A stretch of 64,000 bases of DNA, taken from NCBI GenBank assembly GCA_043228905.1, contig JBHGNT010000015.1:13826001-13890000 (forward strand), written 5' to 3'. Both the position numbers and the translations under genes were made by a program. The notes under the pieces are model-generated. The model searched no databases and had not been told where the DNA came from. It saw only the letters and a list, made by a program, of their open reading frames with translations. The DNA is from Azolla caroliniana (lineage: Eukaryota; Plantae; Polypodiophyta). Of this stretch, positions 24,143 through 35,820 are shown one piece after another; positions within the stretch are counted from its first letter, which is position 1, and every line of letters begins with the position of its first letter.

Positions 24143-26763
24143 TTCTTCACGAAGATCGGCTTATGGGGGGGGACCATATAACCTCGTACGGATTTGACCA
24201 AGAGATGAATGGAAGACCGTGTTTCGCACGAGATATGGGCACTTCGAGTATACGGTCATGCCGATCGGCCTCACTAATGCGCCAGTAGTCTTCCAGCACA
24301 TGGAAAATCATATATTCCGAGATCTCTTGGATATTTGTTTGATCAGCTATTTAGATGATCTACTGGTTTATTCGAAGACCCAAGAAGAGCATGATTCTCA
24401 TGTTCTGTTAGTACTAAAACGATTTCGAGAACATGGTCTTTATGCAAAACTAGAAAAATGTAGTTCCGAGTGCAACCAGGTGGAATTTTTGGGCTATGTC
24501 ATCTCCTCGGAAGGGTCCTCCATGGATCCAACTAAGGTCAAAATGGTGGTAGAGTGGCAAACTCCGCGTTTGTTGCGAGATGTGCAATGCTTTTTAGGCT
24601 TTGCCAATTTCTACCGCAAGTTTATACAGGATTACTCAAAGCTTGTTCTGCCTCTCACACAACTTACTAAGAAGGGACAATCGTTCGTTTGGTCTGAAGA
24701 AGCGGACATGGCTTTTGAGAATCTTAAGAAGGCATTTACATCGGCTCCTATTCTACCTCACATTGATCAGGAAAAATCATTCATCATGGAAGTAGACACG
24801 TCGGATTTCACATTGGCTAGCATTCTGTCACAACAAGGTAATGATGAAAATCTACATCCTATGGCTTTCCACTCACGCAAGTTTGACGCCGCTGAAATCA
24901 ACTATGAAATTCCTTATAAGGAGCTATTAGCAATAATGGACTCTTTTATGCAATGGAGGCATTTTCTTAGAGGGGTCCTCTCATCAAGTCACCGTATTCA
25001 GTGATCACAAAAACCTTGCCTACTTTTAGAGTGCTCGTGTGTTAAATCGACGTCAAGCTCGGTGGGCCCAATTCCTCACGTGTTTCGACTTCAAAATTAC
25101 ATATCGTCTAGGGAAGCACCAAGGGAAGGTAGATGCATTATCACGGCGTTCATATCTAGCACCGCATCCCGGAAAGCCAGCTTTCGATAACCAAAAGCAA
25201 GTAATCTTGGGACCGGCACGACTGCAAGCAACACAGGTCTTCGGCGTGCCCTTGGATTCCCACGTTATCGATACCATACGTGAGCACTTGAAGAAAGATG
25301 CTTTCGCCCAAGCCATTCTAGCACAAATTGATCCCTCTCGAGCATCTTGTTCACAGTCGCAACAACCAGGTACGGACTATCGACAATTTGAATGTCATGA
25401 TAGATTACTATTCTTTAAGAAACTCTTGTATGTTCCTAATGGTTCTTGCTGCCTTCGAGTAGCCCAAAACTATCATGACACATATATAGTTGGGCATTTT
25501 GGTAGTACTAAGACATTAGATTTAGTACAACGATCATTCTGGTGGCCCTGTATGCGATAATTTGTCGAATATTTTGTTCGGACTTGTGATACATGTTGCA
25601 GAGCAAAAATGCCAAGGCATCATCCATATGGTTTATTAGAACCATTACCAATTCCAAGCAAGCCGTGACAATTCATTACTCTAGATTTCATCACAAATCT
25701 TCCAGTCTCTAAGGATTCAATGCGATTTTAACACTAGTAGATCGATATACGAAGATGACTCATTTCCTGCCATATACTAAGGAAATCTCCAGTGAAGAAA
25801 CCGCTGAAATTGTCATGCGTCGGCATCATGGCCTTCCTAATAATATCATCAGCGACCGTGGACCCCAGTTCATCTCGAAATTCTGGAAGCACCTTTTTAA
25901 AATGCTCAAGGGCACTTGTAACCTCTCCTCCGGCCACCATCCGTAAACTAATGGCCAAGCAGAACGAACAAATCAAACGTTGGAGTAGTATCTTCGGTGC
26001 TTTCTAAGCTATCATCAGGATGACTGGGCAAATATTCTCCACTTTGCCGAATTTGCCTATAATAACTTTGTCCACTCATCGACTAAAGTTACGCCATTTT
26101 ATGCTTATACGGGTTGTCATCCCCGGTGGTGTGTATTTGAAACCCTAGAGTTACCCACAAATCCTTATGTAGAGGATCGTTTGGAGCGGTTACGCAAGAT
26201 ACAAGCAGATTTATCTACTCATCTACAACAAGCTCAACAAACACAGAAGGTTTATGCTGATCGTCATCCGCTTCCATCCAATTTTAACATTGGAGATCGG
26301 GTATGGCTACTACGATGACACATCAAGACTACTCTCCCATGCAAGAAGTTGGATTATTGGCGATTACGTCCTTTCCGCATTATCAGAAAGATTAATGATG
26401 TCGCTTTTTGTCTCGATCTACCCCCGCAACTTCACATACATCCGGTGTTTCATAGTTCTCTCCTCAAACCTTATCAAGACAACACCATCCCAGGACGTAT
26501 TCCACAACTTCCACCCCCGATCGAACTTGAAGATGAACTTGAGTACGAGGTTGCCGCCGTCCTCGATTCCAAGATAGTTCGCAACAAGCTCTACTATTTA
26601 GTCTATTCGCTAGGATATAGTCCTAGCGAGCATACTTGGGAACCAATAGAAAATGTGGCCAACGCCCGTGCTCTTCTTGAAGACTTCCATCGTCAATATC
26701 CATATAAACCGGATCCTCAATCCAAAATGACTCGTGACACTCGTCATTTTAAAGGGGGAATAG
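24143..26763 (+). pseudogene. Gypsy A RT-RNase H-IN-chromodomain (disrupted)
   Basis: FTKI..FRTRYGHFEYTVMP..YLDD; EVDTSDF..NYEI..KELLA; LNRRQARWAQFL; IISDRGPQF; GPY/F region; chromodomain. Confidence 0.92.
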
Positions 26764-27052
26764 TGTCATGATATGGCAAGACTCGAACCCATGACCTTAT
26801 GTTACATGGGTCGAGCTCTTGACCATTACACTATCTATTATAATAAAATATTATTTTTATTTAAGTTGTACTATAGAAAAGTAATGTATATTCTAGTTTT
26901 CTCTAGAACATTCTAGAAGCTTCAGGACTATTCCTGAGAACACTATAAGAGGAGGCACAAGGCATTATTTCGAACCAAATCGGTTCAGCGCCAGTCTTAA
27001 GCCTCCTAGCCTTCCTTGTATATTCTTCTCACATAATATATCGTTGTCATCA

Positions 27053-27084
<32 letters not shown>

Positions 27085-27178
27085 CTTCTCTCGAGTGTTC
27101 TACACCCTCTATTCCTCTTAGTACTAATATTCCTCTCTTAGTACTAATTTCTTCTCTGTCTCAGTACTATTCCTGACA
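26764..27178 (+). repeat. Gypsy A 3' LTR
   Basis: Follows the PPT; repeat of 8823-9243. Confidence 0.93.
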
Positions 27179-27183
27179 TTAGT

Positions 27184-27722
27184 GGGGCATCAATATTGGA
27201 TTTATATGAGTATATGGTGGCTCATCCATTCACTTTCGTTCGATTTATGTTTGAGCATGTACAACCTAAGTTGGACTGAAATGGTGGCATACTTTATAGA
27301 GAAAGTAGGAATTAAGCTTGAAAACATGACGATTAAAGCTAATTGATGGAATCTCATTAATTCTGAAAGGGATGTCAAATATGCAAGGTCTTTGATGGTT
27401 AATCATTTGTTGACATCTTGGTGAAATATGTTGGATTTTGTGCAATGACATCGTCCACAAGAAAGGGGATGTGCCAATTCATTACAAATGGAGGTTTTGG
27501 TGACATAAAGGTTGTTGAGGTGGGAAGGTAAATGTTTTCTTTACCTTCAATTTAATACAATGGCTAGATTGGGTTTGGTAACAGTCAAGGATGCTATGTT
27601 GGTGCAACGAAGAAGATTAATGGCCTTTTAAACATAATAAGATCAACATTTCGTATTCCAAAAGGTTCTATCTTTATTTGGGATAAGTTGCAAGAATTTA
27701 TTATCTTTGAATGAGTCAATTC
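27184..27722 (+). mobile_element. Degenerate LINE remnant (target of Copia D; continues at 33143-33460)
   Basis: Homologous to 270-330 and 1000-1130; the continuation encodes AKVLIWRVMSGVLPLGD. Confidence 0.5.
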
Positions 27723-27727
27723 CTAAT

Positions 27728-30700
27728 TGTTAGAAATTGACGCTTCCAAAACCTTCTCCTCCCGGCCACAACCGAGGAAACACGAATCAATGCAGCAGTA
27801 AATCGAAAACACAGAGAGAGACTCGAATGCACAGGGTTTAGCGTGGAAAACCCTAGACGGGAAAAACCACGGGAGTGCAAGACTCCAACTATCACTATAC
27901 GCAGGGAATGTACAATGGCGAGCTGCAAGGCGACGACCTTGAGCTCGCTGTCCTCGCCACAGGCGGCGGTATTACACAGAGGCGTCGACCTCTTCCTTTC
28001 TCTCTCTCTCACTCTCTCTCTCGGCTGCTCTCACTTCGCTCCCTCTAACTGGAAAACAGAAAAATGAGCAACAACCACAAAACTGTTTGCCCTAAGTCAT
28101 ATTTATACACATATGACTTTCAGGCTATTTACAAATATAGCCTCAAGGGCCCTTGGCAAACATATTCACAAATATGTCCCCGCATCCGGATCTCTCTCCG
28201 GGTGCATTCGTCATCCGGCTCCGTAGCCGGGGTCTTCATCATCCGGATCCGGAACCGGGTCTTCATCATCCGGATCCGGAACCGGGTCTTCATCATCCGG
28301 CTCCGATACCGGGTACTCCTCATTCGGGTCTTCATTCCCGATTCCCGGACATCCGACCATCCCATCCGGAGGGACCGTAATCCCAACAAACTCCCCCTTC
28401 ACTTCGGCATGGGATGTCTTTCCAGTCCGACCCTCTTCCGGCACGCTTCCAGCTTGTCGGGTGTGAGCACTTTGGTCAGCATATCTGACCCATTCTCGTC
28501 CGTGTGGATCTTCGTCAGCACAAACTCCTGGTCTTCTATCCTTTCCCGGATCCAGTGATATCTTCGCTGGATGTGCTTCGTCCGGGAGTGATAGGCCGCG
28601 TTCTTCGCAAGGTGGATGGCACTCTGACTGTCGCAGTAGAGTCGGTACTCCTCTTGCCGGATACCGAGCTCTCTAATGAAGCCCTTCATCCATATTATTT
28701 CCTTGCCGGCTTCAACAGCTGCCATGTACTCCGCCTCCGTGGTTGACAACGCAACCGTCTTCTGCAGCCTCGACTGCCACGAAACAGCTCCCCCTGCATA
28801 CGTCATCACATACCCTGATGTGGACCGGCTGGTATCTGCATCAGCCAACATATCCGAATCGGTAAAGCCGTCGAGTTCGGGCTTACCGGAGCCGAATCGG
28901 AGGCACACGTTTGCCGTGCCCTTCAGGTATCGGAGTATCCACTTGGCCGCGTTCCAGTGCTCTTTGCCGGGATTGCTCATGTACCGGCTCACCACTCCGA
29001 CTGCATATCCTATGTCCGGTCTTGTACACACCATTGCGTACATCAAGCTTCCGACGGCAGAGGCATATGGTACTTTCATCATGTCCTCCTTCTCAGCCTT
29101 TGTCTTGGGGCTTTGCTTGCTGGACAACTTGCAGTTTGCCGGGAGGGTTGACCCGACCGGTCTTGCTTCCGACATGTTGAACCGGTGAAGCACCTTTGTC
29201 ACGTACTTCTCCTGTGACAGCCACAACTGCTTCTTCTTCCGGTCCCGGATGATGTGCATCCCTAGTATTTGCCTCGCCAGACCCAGGTCCTTCATTGAGA
29301 AGGTTCGGTGAAGCGCTTTCTTCAGCATCCGTATCTTGACCTGGTCCCGTCCGACGATCAACATGTCGTCCACGTACAGGAGGAGTATTAGAAAGTCTCC
29401 TCCTTCGAACTTCTTCACAAACACGCAGTGATCGGACTGTGTTTTGTGGTACCCTTCGTCGGTCATGAAAGAGTCGAACTTCCGGTACCATTGCCGTGGA
29501 GCCTGCTTCAGTCCGTAAAGGCTCTTCTTCAACCGGCATACCAGGTGCTCCTTCCCTTTCTTCTCAAATCCTTCCGGTTGCTGCATGTAGATCTCTTCTT
29601 CGAGGTCACCGTGAAGGAATGCCGTCTTCACGTCCATCTGTTTTACCTCGAGGTCCATGCTTGCCGCTATGCTCAGCACTGTCCGGATGGAGGTCATCTT
29701 CACTACCGGGGCAAATATCTCGTCGAAGTCGACGCCCTTCTTCTGCTGGAACCCCTTCACCACGATCCTGGCTTTGTATCTCGGGGGGTTTCCGGCATCT
29801 CCCGGTTTGAGCTTGAACACCCACTTGTTTCGAAGTGCCCGCTTTCCTTTCGGCAACTCCACAAGTTCATATGTGTGGTTCTCATGCAGGGAATCCATCT
29901 CCTCCTGCATGGCACTTAACCACCTGCGGCTATGGGTGTCAAGCTTTGCTTCTTCAAAACTCTCCGGCTCCCCCTCGTCGGTTAGCAGCACGTGCTCTGG
30001 TTCCGGAAATCTCCGGGGGGCCCTTCTCTCTCTTAGAGGATATCTCCGTTCCGGAGCTTCGGTAACCGGCTCCTCCGTTTCCTCTTCATCCGAATCCATT
30101 TCGGGATCGGGGCCGGTTCCGGTATCAGTTTCATCTTCCTCGGCCTGTTCTGTATCTTCACCGTCTTCGGCCGGATCCTCGAGTGCTAACCGGTCCCTTG
30201 CCGGTCGGGACTGCTCCTCGTAGAGTTGATCCTCACCGGTCGACTTGGAGCTCTTCATCTTCTTCTCCGACTCCCAGTCGGCGAGTGTCTTGTCCTCCAT
30301 GAAGATGATATCACGACTCCGGAATATCTTCTTGTCGACCGGGTCCCATACTCGGTAGCCGAACTCGTCATCGCCGTAACCGAGGAATATGCATGGCCGG
30401 GTCTTTGGATCTAGCTTTCCTCTCCGGTCCTTTGCCACATGCACATATGCGAGACACCCGAACACCTTCAGATGCCGGTAGGATACTTCCCTACTGGTCC
30501 ACACTCTCTGCGGCGTGTCTCCGTCCAAAGGTACTGAGGGTGATCTGTTTATCACGTATGTCGCCATCGACATTGCCTCAGCCCAAAACCCCTTGGGTAA
30601 TTTCGCATGCGCCAGCATACTCCGGACCCTCTCCATTATGGTCCGGTTCATCCTCTCGGCCAGCCCATTCAGTTCCGGCGTCTTCGGCACGGTAAACTCG

Positions 30701-33137
30701 AGCCGGATTCCCTTCGAGCGACAGTACTCCTCGAACTGCCCCCGGTATTCCCCTCCGTTATCCGCTCGTATCGCTTTCAGCTTCTTGCCGGATTCCCTTT
30801 CCACTCTCGCGTGGAGTTCTTTGAAGACACACAACACTTGGTCCTTTTTTTTCAACGGTGCCGTCCACAGCTTCCGGCTGTGGTCATCAATGAATGTCAC
30901 GAAGTACTGGGCTCCGCCATGTGACTTCGTTTCTACTTGACACACGTCAGTGTGCACCAACTCCAATGGTGCGCTACGTCTCGTCGGTGGCCTTGAGTGG
31001 AAGGAGGTTCGGTTCTGCTTACCGGCCAGGCAATCGGTGCACTTCTCCAGGTGCACATGCTTCACTGGAATAAGGTTGTCTTCTGCAAGCCTCTTCATCC
31101 CCTTCTCACTCATGTGGCACAGTCTCTTGTGCCACAGCTCACCGGCAGTGTCGGCTGCCACGTTCAACTCCTCCGGACACAACCAGGCATTCATAAGGTA
31201 CAATGTGTTGACTTTCCGGGCCCGAGCCACTATCAGGCTCCCCTTGCTGAACTTCATTACGCAGTTCCGGATGCTACCTGTGTAGCCTTCATCGTCTAGC
31301 CTCCCGGCCGAAATCAGGTTCAATCGAACCTCCGAAACGTGTCGGACATCCTTCAACAACATTTTGCATCCGGTCGAGGTTGTCAACCACACGTCTCCTA
31401 TGCCGGCAATCCGGCACGTACCTTCATTTCCCATCCGAACACAGCCATGCTCACCGGCTGTGTAGGATGAGAAGTATCTTCTTTCCGGGGTCAGGTGGAA
31501 CGACGCTCCGGAATCGACCACCCAGGTAGTCTCATCGCCGGCAATGTTTAGTTCACCTTCTTCGGTGATGAGCATGATCTCCTCTTCACTTGCCGCGAGT
31601 GCCGTCGTTCCTTTCCGGTCCTGCCCTCGCCGATCCGAACCATTCCGGTCCGTGGCTCCCCGGTAAGCACCGTTTCGTTCCGAAGACTTCTTCGAATCGG
31701 TGTCGTCGGCTCCGTTGTCTTTTCGGTAATGCCGACAATTCTTTCGGAAGTGCCCCGGCTTCCCACAGTGGAAGCATGTGGGCCTTCCTCTTGACTGCGA
31801 CCGGGTCCCCGACTTCTCCCGTCTTTGCGGACTCCGGTTCCGTTGTCTTCCCCGATCCGATTCGGTAAGCAGCATCTTCGGATCGGAGGCCGGTTCTTTA
31901 TCTCTCCGACGCGCTTCTTCGTTCAAAATGCTTGTCTTTACCGTTTGTAGGGACAAGTTATCTTCGGTGCAGGAGGTGCTGAGAGTCACCACCAAGTTCT
32001 CCCAGCTTGCCGGCAATGTACACATCAGGATGATGGCTTGCATTGCATCCTCCAACGGGAACTTCATTGCCGCAAGCTGGTTCACGAATCCCATGAACGT
32101 GCTTATGTGTTCCACCATACTCTCGCCGTCCTGGTACTTGAGGTTCACTATCTTCCTCATCAGGGAGGTCCGGTTCAACGCATTCTTCCTCTCGTAGAGG
32201 CCCGACAGCTTCTGCCACATCTCATATGCGTTGGTGTCGTTCGCCACATGTTGTAGAACGCTCACGTCGACGTATTGCCGAATGGTTGCAACGGCTTTCC
32301 GGTTCAGAAGCCTCCATTCCGTCTCAAGTACCCCCTTGGGTATTTCCGACCTGTCGATCGGTTCATACAGGTCCCGAACAATGAGCAGATCCTCCATCTT
32401 TATCTTCCAGTCGGCGTAGTTCTGCGCATTCAGCACCATCATCCCCGGCTGCCCGCTGCTGCCGCCTTCCATTTTCTGCACTGCAGTCGCTCTGATACCA
32501 GATTGTTAGAAATTGACGCTTCCAAAACCTTCTCCTCCCGGCCACAACCGAGGAAACACGAATCAATGTAGCAGTAAATCGAAAACACAGAGAGAGACTT
32601 GAATGCACAGGGTTTAGCGTGGAAAACCCTAGACGGGAAAAACCACGGGAGTGTAAGACTCCAACTATCACTATACGCAGGGAATGTACAATGGCGAGCT
32701 GCAAGGCGACGACCTTGAGCTCGCTGTCCTCGCCACAGGCGGCGGTATTACACAGAGGCGTCAACCTCTTCCTTTCTCTCTCTCTCACTCTCTCTCTCGG
32801 CTGCTCTCACTTCGCTCCCTCTAAGTGGAAAATAGAAAAATGAGCAACAACCACAAAACTGTTTGCCCTAAGTCATATTTATACACATATAACTTTCGGG
32901 CTATTTACAAATATAGCCTCAAGGGCCCTTGGCAAACATATTCACAAATATGTCCCCGCATCCGGATCTCTCTCCGGGTGCATTCGTCATCCGGCTCCGT
33001 AGCCGGGGTCTTCATCATCCGGATCCGGAACCGGGTCTTCATCATCCGGCTCCGATACCGGGTACTCCTCATTCGGGTCTTCATTCCCGATTCCCGGACA
33101 TCCGACCATCCCATCCGGAGGGACCGTAATCCCAACA
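27728..33137 (-). mobile_element. Ty1/Copia D, full length with an intact ORF
   Basis: TSD CTAAT (27723-27 and 33138-42); 3' LTR 27728-28388; 5' LTR 32504-33137 (about 8 substitutions plus one 27-bp repeat unit); PBS TGGTATCAGAGC; PPT AGGGGGAG adjoining the stop codon. Confidence 0.97.
28399..32472 (-). CDS. Copia (Tnt1-like) Gag-Pol polyprotein, ~1357 aa
   Basis: ATG at 32472; CFHCGKPGHFRKNC; WVVDSGAS; HTDVC..ADNGGEY..ELNGLAE; LYVDDML; FTDSDM..EAEYMA..CDSQSA..SDMLTK. Confidence 0.95.
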   Translation of the reverse strand: MEGGSSGQPGMMVLNAQNYADWKIKMEDLLIVRDLYEPIDRSEIPKGVLETEWRLLNRKAVATIRQYVDVSVLQHVANDTNAYEMWQKLSGLYERKNALNRTSLMRKIVNLKYQDGESMVEHISTFMGFVNQLAAMKFPLEDAMQAIILMCTLPASWENLVVTLSTSCTEDNLSLQTVKTSILNEEARRRDKEPASDPKMLLTESDRGRQRNRSPQRREKSGTRSQSRGRPTCFHCGKPGHFRKNCRHYRKDNGADDTDSKKSSERNGAYRGATDRNGSDRRGQDRKGTTALAASEEEIMLITEEGELNIAGDETTWVVDSGASFHLTPERRYFSSYTAGEHGCVRMGNEGTCRIAGIGDVWLTTSTGCKMLLKDVRHVSEVRLNLISAGRLDDEGYTGSIRNCVMKFSKGSLIVARARKVNTLYLMNAWLCPEELNVAADTAGELWHKRLCHMSEKGMKRLAEDNLIPVKHVHLEKCTDCLAGKQNRTSFHSRPPTRRSAPLELVHTDVCQVETKSHGGAQYFVTFIDDHSRKLWTAPLKKKDQVLCVFKELHARVERESGKKLKAIRADNGGEYRGQFEEYCRSKGIRLEFTVPKTPELNGLAERMNRTIMERVRSMLAHAKLPKGFWAEAMSMATYVINRSPSVPLDGDTPQRVWTSREVSYRHLKVFGCLAYVHVAKDRRGKLDPKTRPCIFLGYGDDEFGYRVWDPVDKKIFRSRDIIFMEDKTLADWESEKKMKSSKSTGEDQLYEEQSRPARDRLALEDPAEDGEDTEQAEEDETDTGTGPDPEMDSDEEETEEPVTEAPERRYPLRERRAPRRFPEPEHVLLTDEGEPESFEEAKLDTHSRRWLSAMQEEMDSLHENHTYELVELPKGKRALRNKWVFKLKPGDAGNPPRYKARIVVKGFQQKKGVDFDEIFAPVVKMTSIRTVLSIAASMDLEVKQMDVKTAFLHGDLEEEIYMQQPEGFEKKGKEHLVCRLKKSLYGLKQAPRQWYRKFDSFMTDEGYHKTQSDHCVFVKKFEGGDFLILLLYVDDMLIVGRDQVKIRMLKKALHRTFSMKDLGLARQILGMHIIRDRKKKQLWLSQEKYVTKVLHRFNMSEARPVGSTLPANCKLSSKQSPKTKAEKEDMMKVPYASAVGSLMYAMVCTRPDIGYAVGVVSRYMSNPGKEHWNAAKWILRYLKGTANVCLRFGSGKPELDGFTDSDMLADADTSRSTSGYVMTYAGGAVSWQSRLQKTVALSTTEAEYMAAVEAGKEIIWMKGFIRELGIRQEEYRLYCDSQSAIHLAKNAAYHSRTKHIQRRYHWIRERIEDQEFVLTKIHTDENGSDMLTKVLTPDKLEACRKRVGLERHPMPK

Positions 33138-33573
33138 CTAATTGATATGGGGGTTCTCCAGAGCTTGATTGGAAATAGGAGATTGATTATTATATTAACA
33201 AAAGATGCTTATCACAAGTTGATTGGCAAACATAAGTGGATGGAAGAATGGGTTATAAAGATTTGGGGTTTTCATAAGCCCATTACCTTGTGGTTTCATG
33301 TGATCAAGGCAAGTTGGTGTTCTTGATTGATGCCACAAGCTAAGGTATTGATTTGGAGAGTTATGAGTGGAGTTTTACCATTGGGGGATACATTAAAAAA
33401 AGAAACATTGCTAGAGGAATGTGTTTTTTTTGCTCAGTGGATTTGGAACATAGTAGATGTGAAGTCAATTTTTGTTCACAAGAAAAGATCGTGGCAAATA
33501 CATTGGATGCTAACTTCTAAGGTGTATAAGAATAAAGCACGATATAAAAGGTTCAAGAGTTAAAAGACGAAGG

Positions 33574-34424
33574 TGGCTTGGGAATAGAGGTGGCATGAGT
33601 AGTTGCAAGGCCTACAGTGCGAGCTTGGAGGACATCGCACATTGTTTGTGGTGCTGCCCACGAGCCCAAGAAATTTGGCTGAGGAGCTTAAGAATCTTGG
33701 CTTGGTTCAGGGTTGAGGTTCATGTATCGAGCGCAACAGTCACTTGGTTGGCCACTAAATCGGCTTCGTGGTTTCAAGGGTGGAATGGAAATCGTCCTTC
33801 TTTAAAGGTGATGCAAGGAACTGTACAACCAGCACAAGGAGGTTCATTCTTCTTACATGAACGCTACGTGGACATATGGTTATTAGTGGTCGCCTTACGG
33901 TTTGGCAAGTGTGGGTATCTAGGTGCAAGGAGGCTTTCGCAAGTAAGCAAACCCCACCGACTGAGAATTTAATGATGATCTGGTTTAATCTTATTTCTAT
34001 GTTACGAGGAGAGTTTGAAAGTCTTCAAGGGCCCTCTGATGCAAGTGAAGAAGCTAGAGCTCTGTTCCTTCTGAAATGGAGTGGTTCGTCGATGCTGCAG
34101 ATGGTGGATGGTAAAGCGAAGTGGAATTATCAACCACCACGATGGTTGTCCCCTCCGAGTGTACCTAACATCTAGATGGGTGCTGCCATGAGAGGTGAAT
34201 GGAGGACGTTTATGCTGAATTTAGGTTGTATGAGGCTCACATGGAGAGTATGCGTTCGGGTAATGCTATGCACATCGAATGATGTGGTGTTTTGGAGTTG
34301 TTTTTGTTGTTTCCTCTACACATATTGTTTTCTTTTGACATGCAAGATGGCTTGTAAGATATGAGTTGTAAATTATCCTATGTACATTGCCTTAACTAAT
34401 GGAAGTAGTATTTTTTTGGAAAAA
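33574..34424 (+). mobile_element. 5'-truncated L1-like LINE with short poly(A) and TSD
   Basis: TSD AAAAGACGAAGG (33562-73 and 34425-36); zinc-knuckle remnant C..Y....EDIAHCLWCCP.AQEIW; A-run at 34420. Confidence 0.8.
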
Positions 34425-34639
34425 AAAAGACGAAGGAACTTAAAGGGATATAAAGTTAGAGGCATTTTTCAAAAGTAGAAAAAGCAAGGAAAAAAGGGAA
34501 GTAGGGAAAAAGGAAGAAAAAGCAAGGCATGGATATGCATATTTAGGCAGAGAAAAAGCTCAAAACTTTTTCATTGCATATGTAAATTTCAAAAGAAAAT
34601 ATGCATAAAAAAACTCATGACAAGAGATTTCCAAAAAAC

Positions 34640-35820
34640 AACTTGTTTACTCGATTTTTCTTTAGGTGGGGGGTAGCACATTCATTCCATCTATGATTTA
34701 ATGGAACTTCAAAGCCAAGATATTTGAAGCTTTCCACACATTTAAGTGGCTCATTATTGTACATTATGTAAATCCTTTTCTTTTTGGGTTCTTCACAAGC
34801 ATAATCTTTGTTTTAGAGCCATGGACACTTAATCTATTATGCATGCAAATTTTTTCGAATGTCTTCATAAGCTTTTCTGCATCTCACAAAGTATTTGCAA
34901 AAAACACTACATCATCACAAGCATAATCTTTGTTTTAGAGCCATGGGCACTTAATCTATTATGCATGCAAATATTTTCCAATGTCTTCATAAGCTTTTGT
35001 GCATATTGACAAAAGCATAATGACTACATTCCCAATAGCAACCTTTTCAACACATTCTTCCTTTACAAACGTGGTAGCCATTTTTTCCAATTTATCAATG
35101 CATAAACCAGATAGAGTTGGTGAGAGTGGGCGTCGTTGCTTAACACCAATAGTGCTATTGAAATAATTTGAAAGTTTATCATCTATACGTACACAACATA
35201 TAACCTTCTCATAGACTTGGGAAATTGCAAGAATATATTCATTGCTACCTTGAGTTCTTCCATTCACCTCCAAAGATGCTCACGAGGTACCATATCAAAA
35301 GCTTTCTTGAAGTCTACGAAGCAACAATATAAACCTATACCTTTGAAGCGACTTTTCTCCATTTATACTCGAAGGGTGACAAGGCCATCGATGATGCTAT
35401 GGTGTTTTTCGAAAGCCAATTTGTACATAAGCTCTCTTACCATTTTTTCCAGCCTATGGACTTGTCTTTGATTCCATTATACATCCAAATAATTTCACAA
35501 TTAGGGAGCCAACCTTGATGGTTCGATATCGTGTTTATATTACTTACATCTCCATCTTTATGTAAGGGTTTGATCCAATTTGTAGTCCAGTCGTAGGGCA
35601 TATGCTATGTTGCAATGCATGGTTAAATATATCACTTATTCATGCATGTGCTTCCTTTCCCATCCATTTCAACCTTTATACATTGAAGATCACTAGCCTT
35701 TCGAGGGGCCAATTTCTTAAGTTCTATGCATATATCTTCAATTGTAAAGAAGAGAGACATATGTGAAAGAGAACCACAATACATCATCTTTTTGACAAGA
35801 GATAGATCATATAAAATCTT
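34640..35820 (-). mobile_element. RTE-like LINE RT fragment (duplicated copy)
   Basis: GVKQRRPLSPTL (GVKQG.PLSP motif), FVDFKKAFD remnant, FKYLG region; ~125-bp internal tandem duplication at 34792-35000. Confidence 0.75.

Larger units (their letters stand above)
8823..27178 (+). mobile_element. Ty3/Gypsy chromovirus A (Tcn1/Tf1-sushi-like), degenerate, hosting nested insertions
   Basis: LTRs 8823-9243 and 26764-27178 (TGTCA..TGACA); TSD TTGGT/TTAGT; PPT AAAGGGGGAATAG. Gag 9394-11800, PR (LLDSGA), RT (YLDD) split at 12750/24143, RNase H, IN and a C-terminal chromodomain (EYEVAAVLDSK..YLV..TWEP). Confidence 0.95.

Noticed and set aside
26780-26800. tRNA/SINE B-box-like motif (ACTCGAACCCATGACC) in the Gypsy LTR
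   Set aside because: No cloverleaf or A box can be supported; too short to call an RNA gene.
28064-28558. Repetitive ORFs in the Copia D LTRs (IIRIRNRVF / DPDDEDP)
   Set aside because: By-products of a 27-bp in-frame DNA repeat with no protein-family motif.
28504-32571. Many antisense and alternate-frame ORFs within Copia C, D and H
   Set aside because: Expected shadow ORFs of GC-rich coding sequence; no evidence for env or antisense genes.
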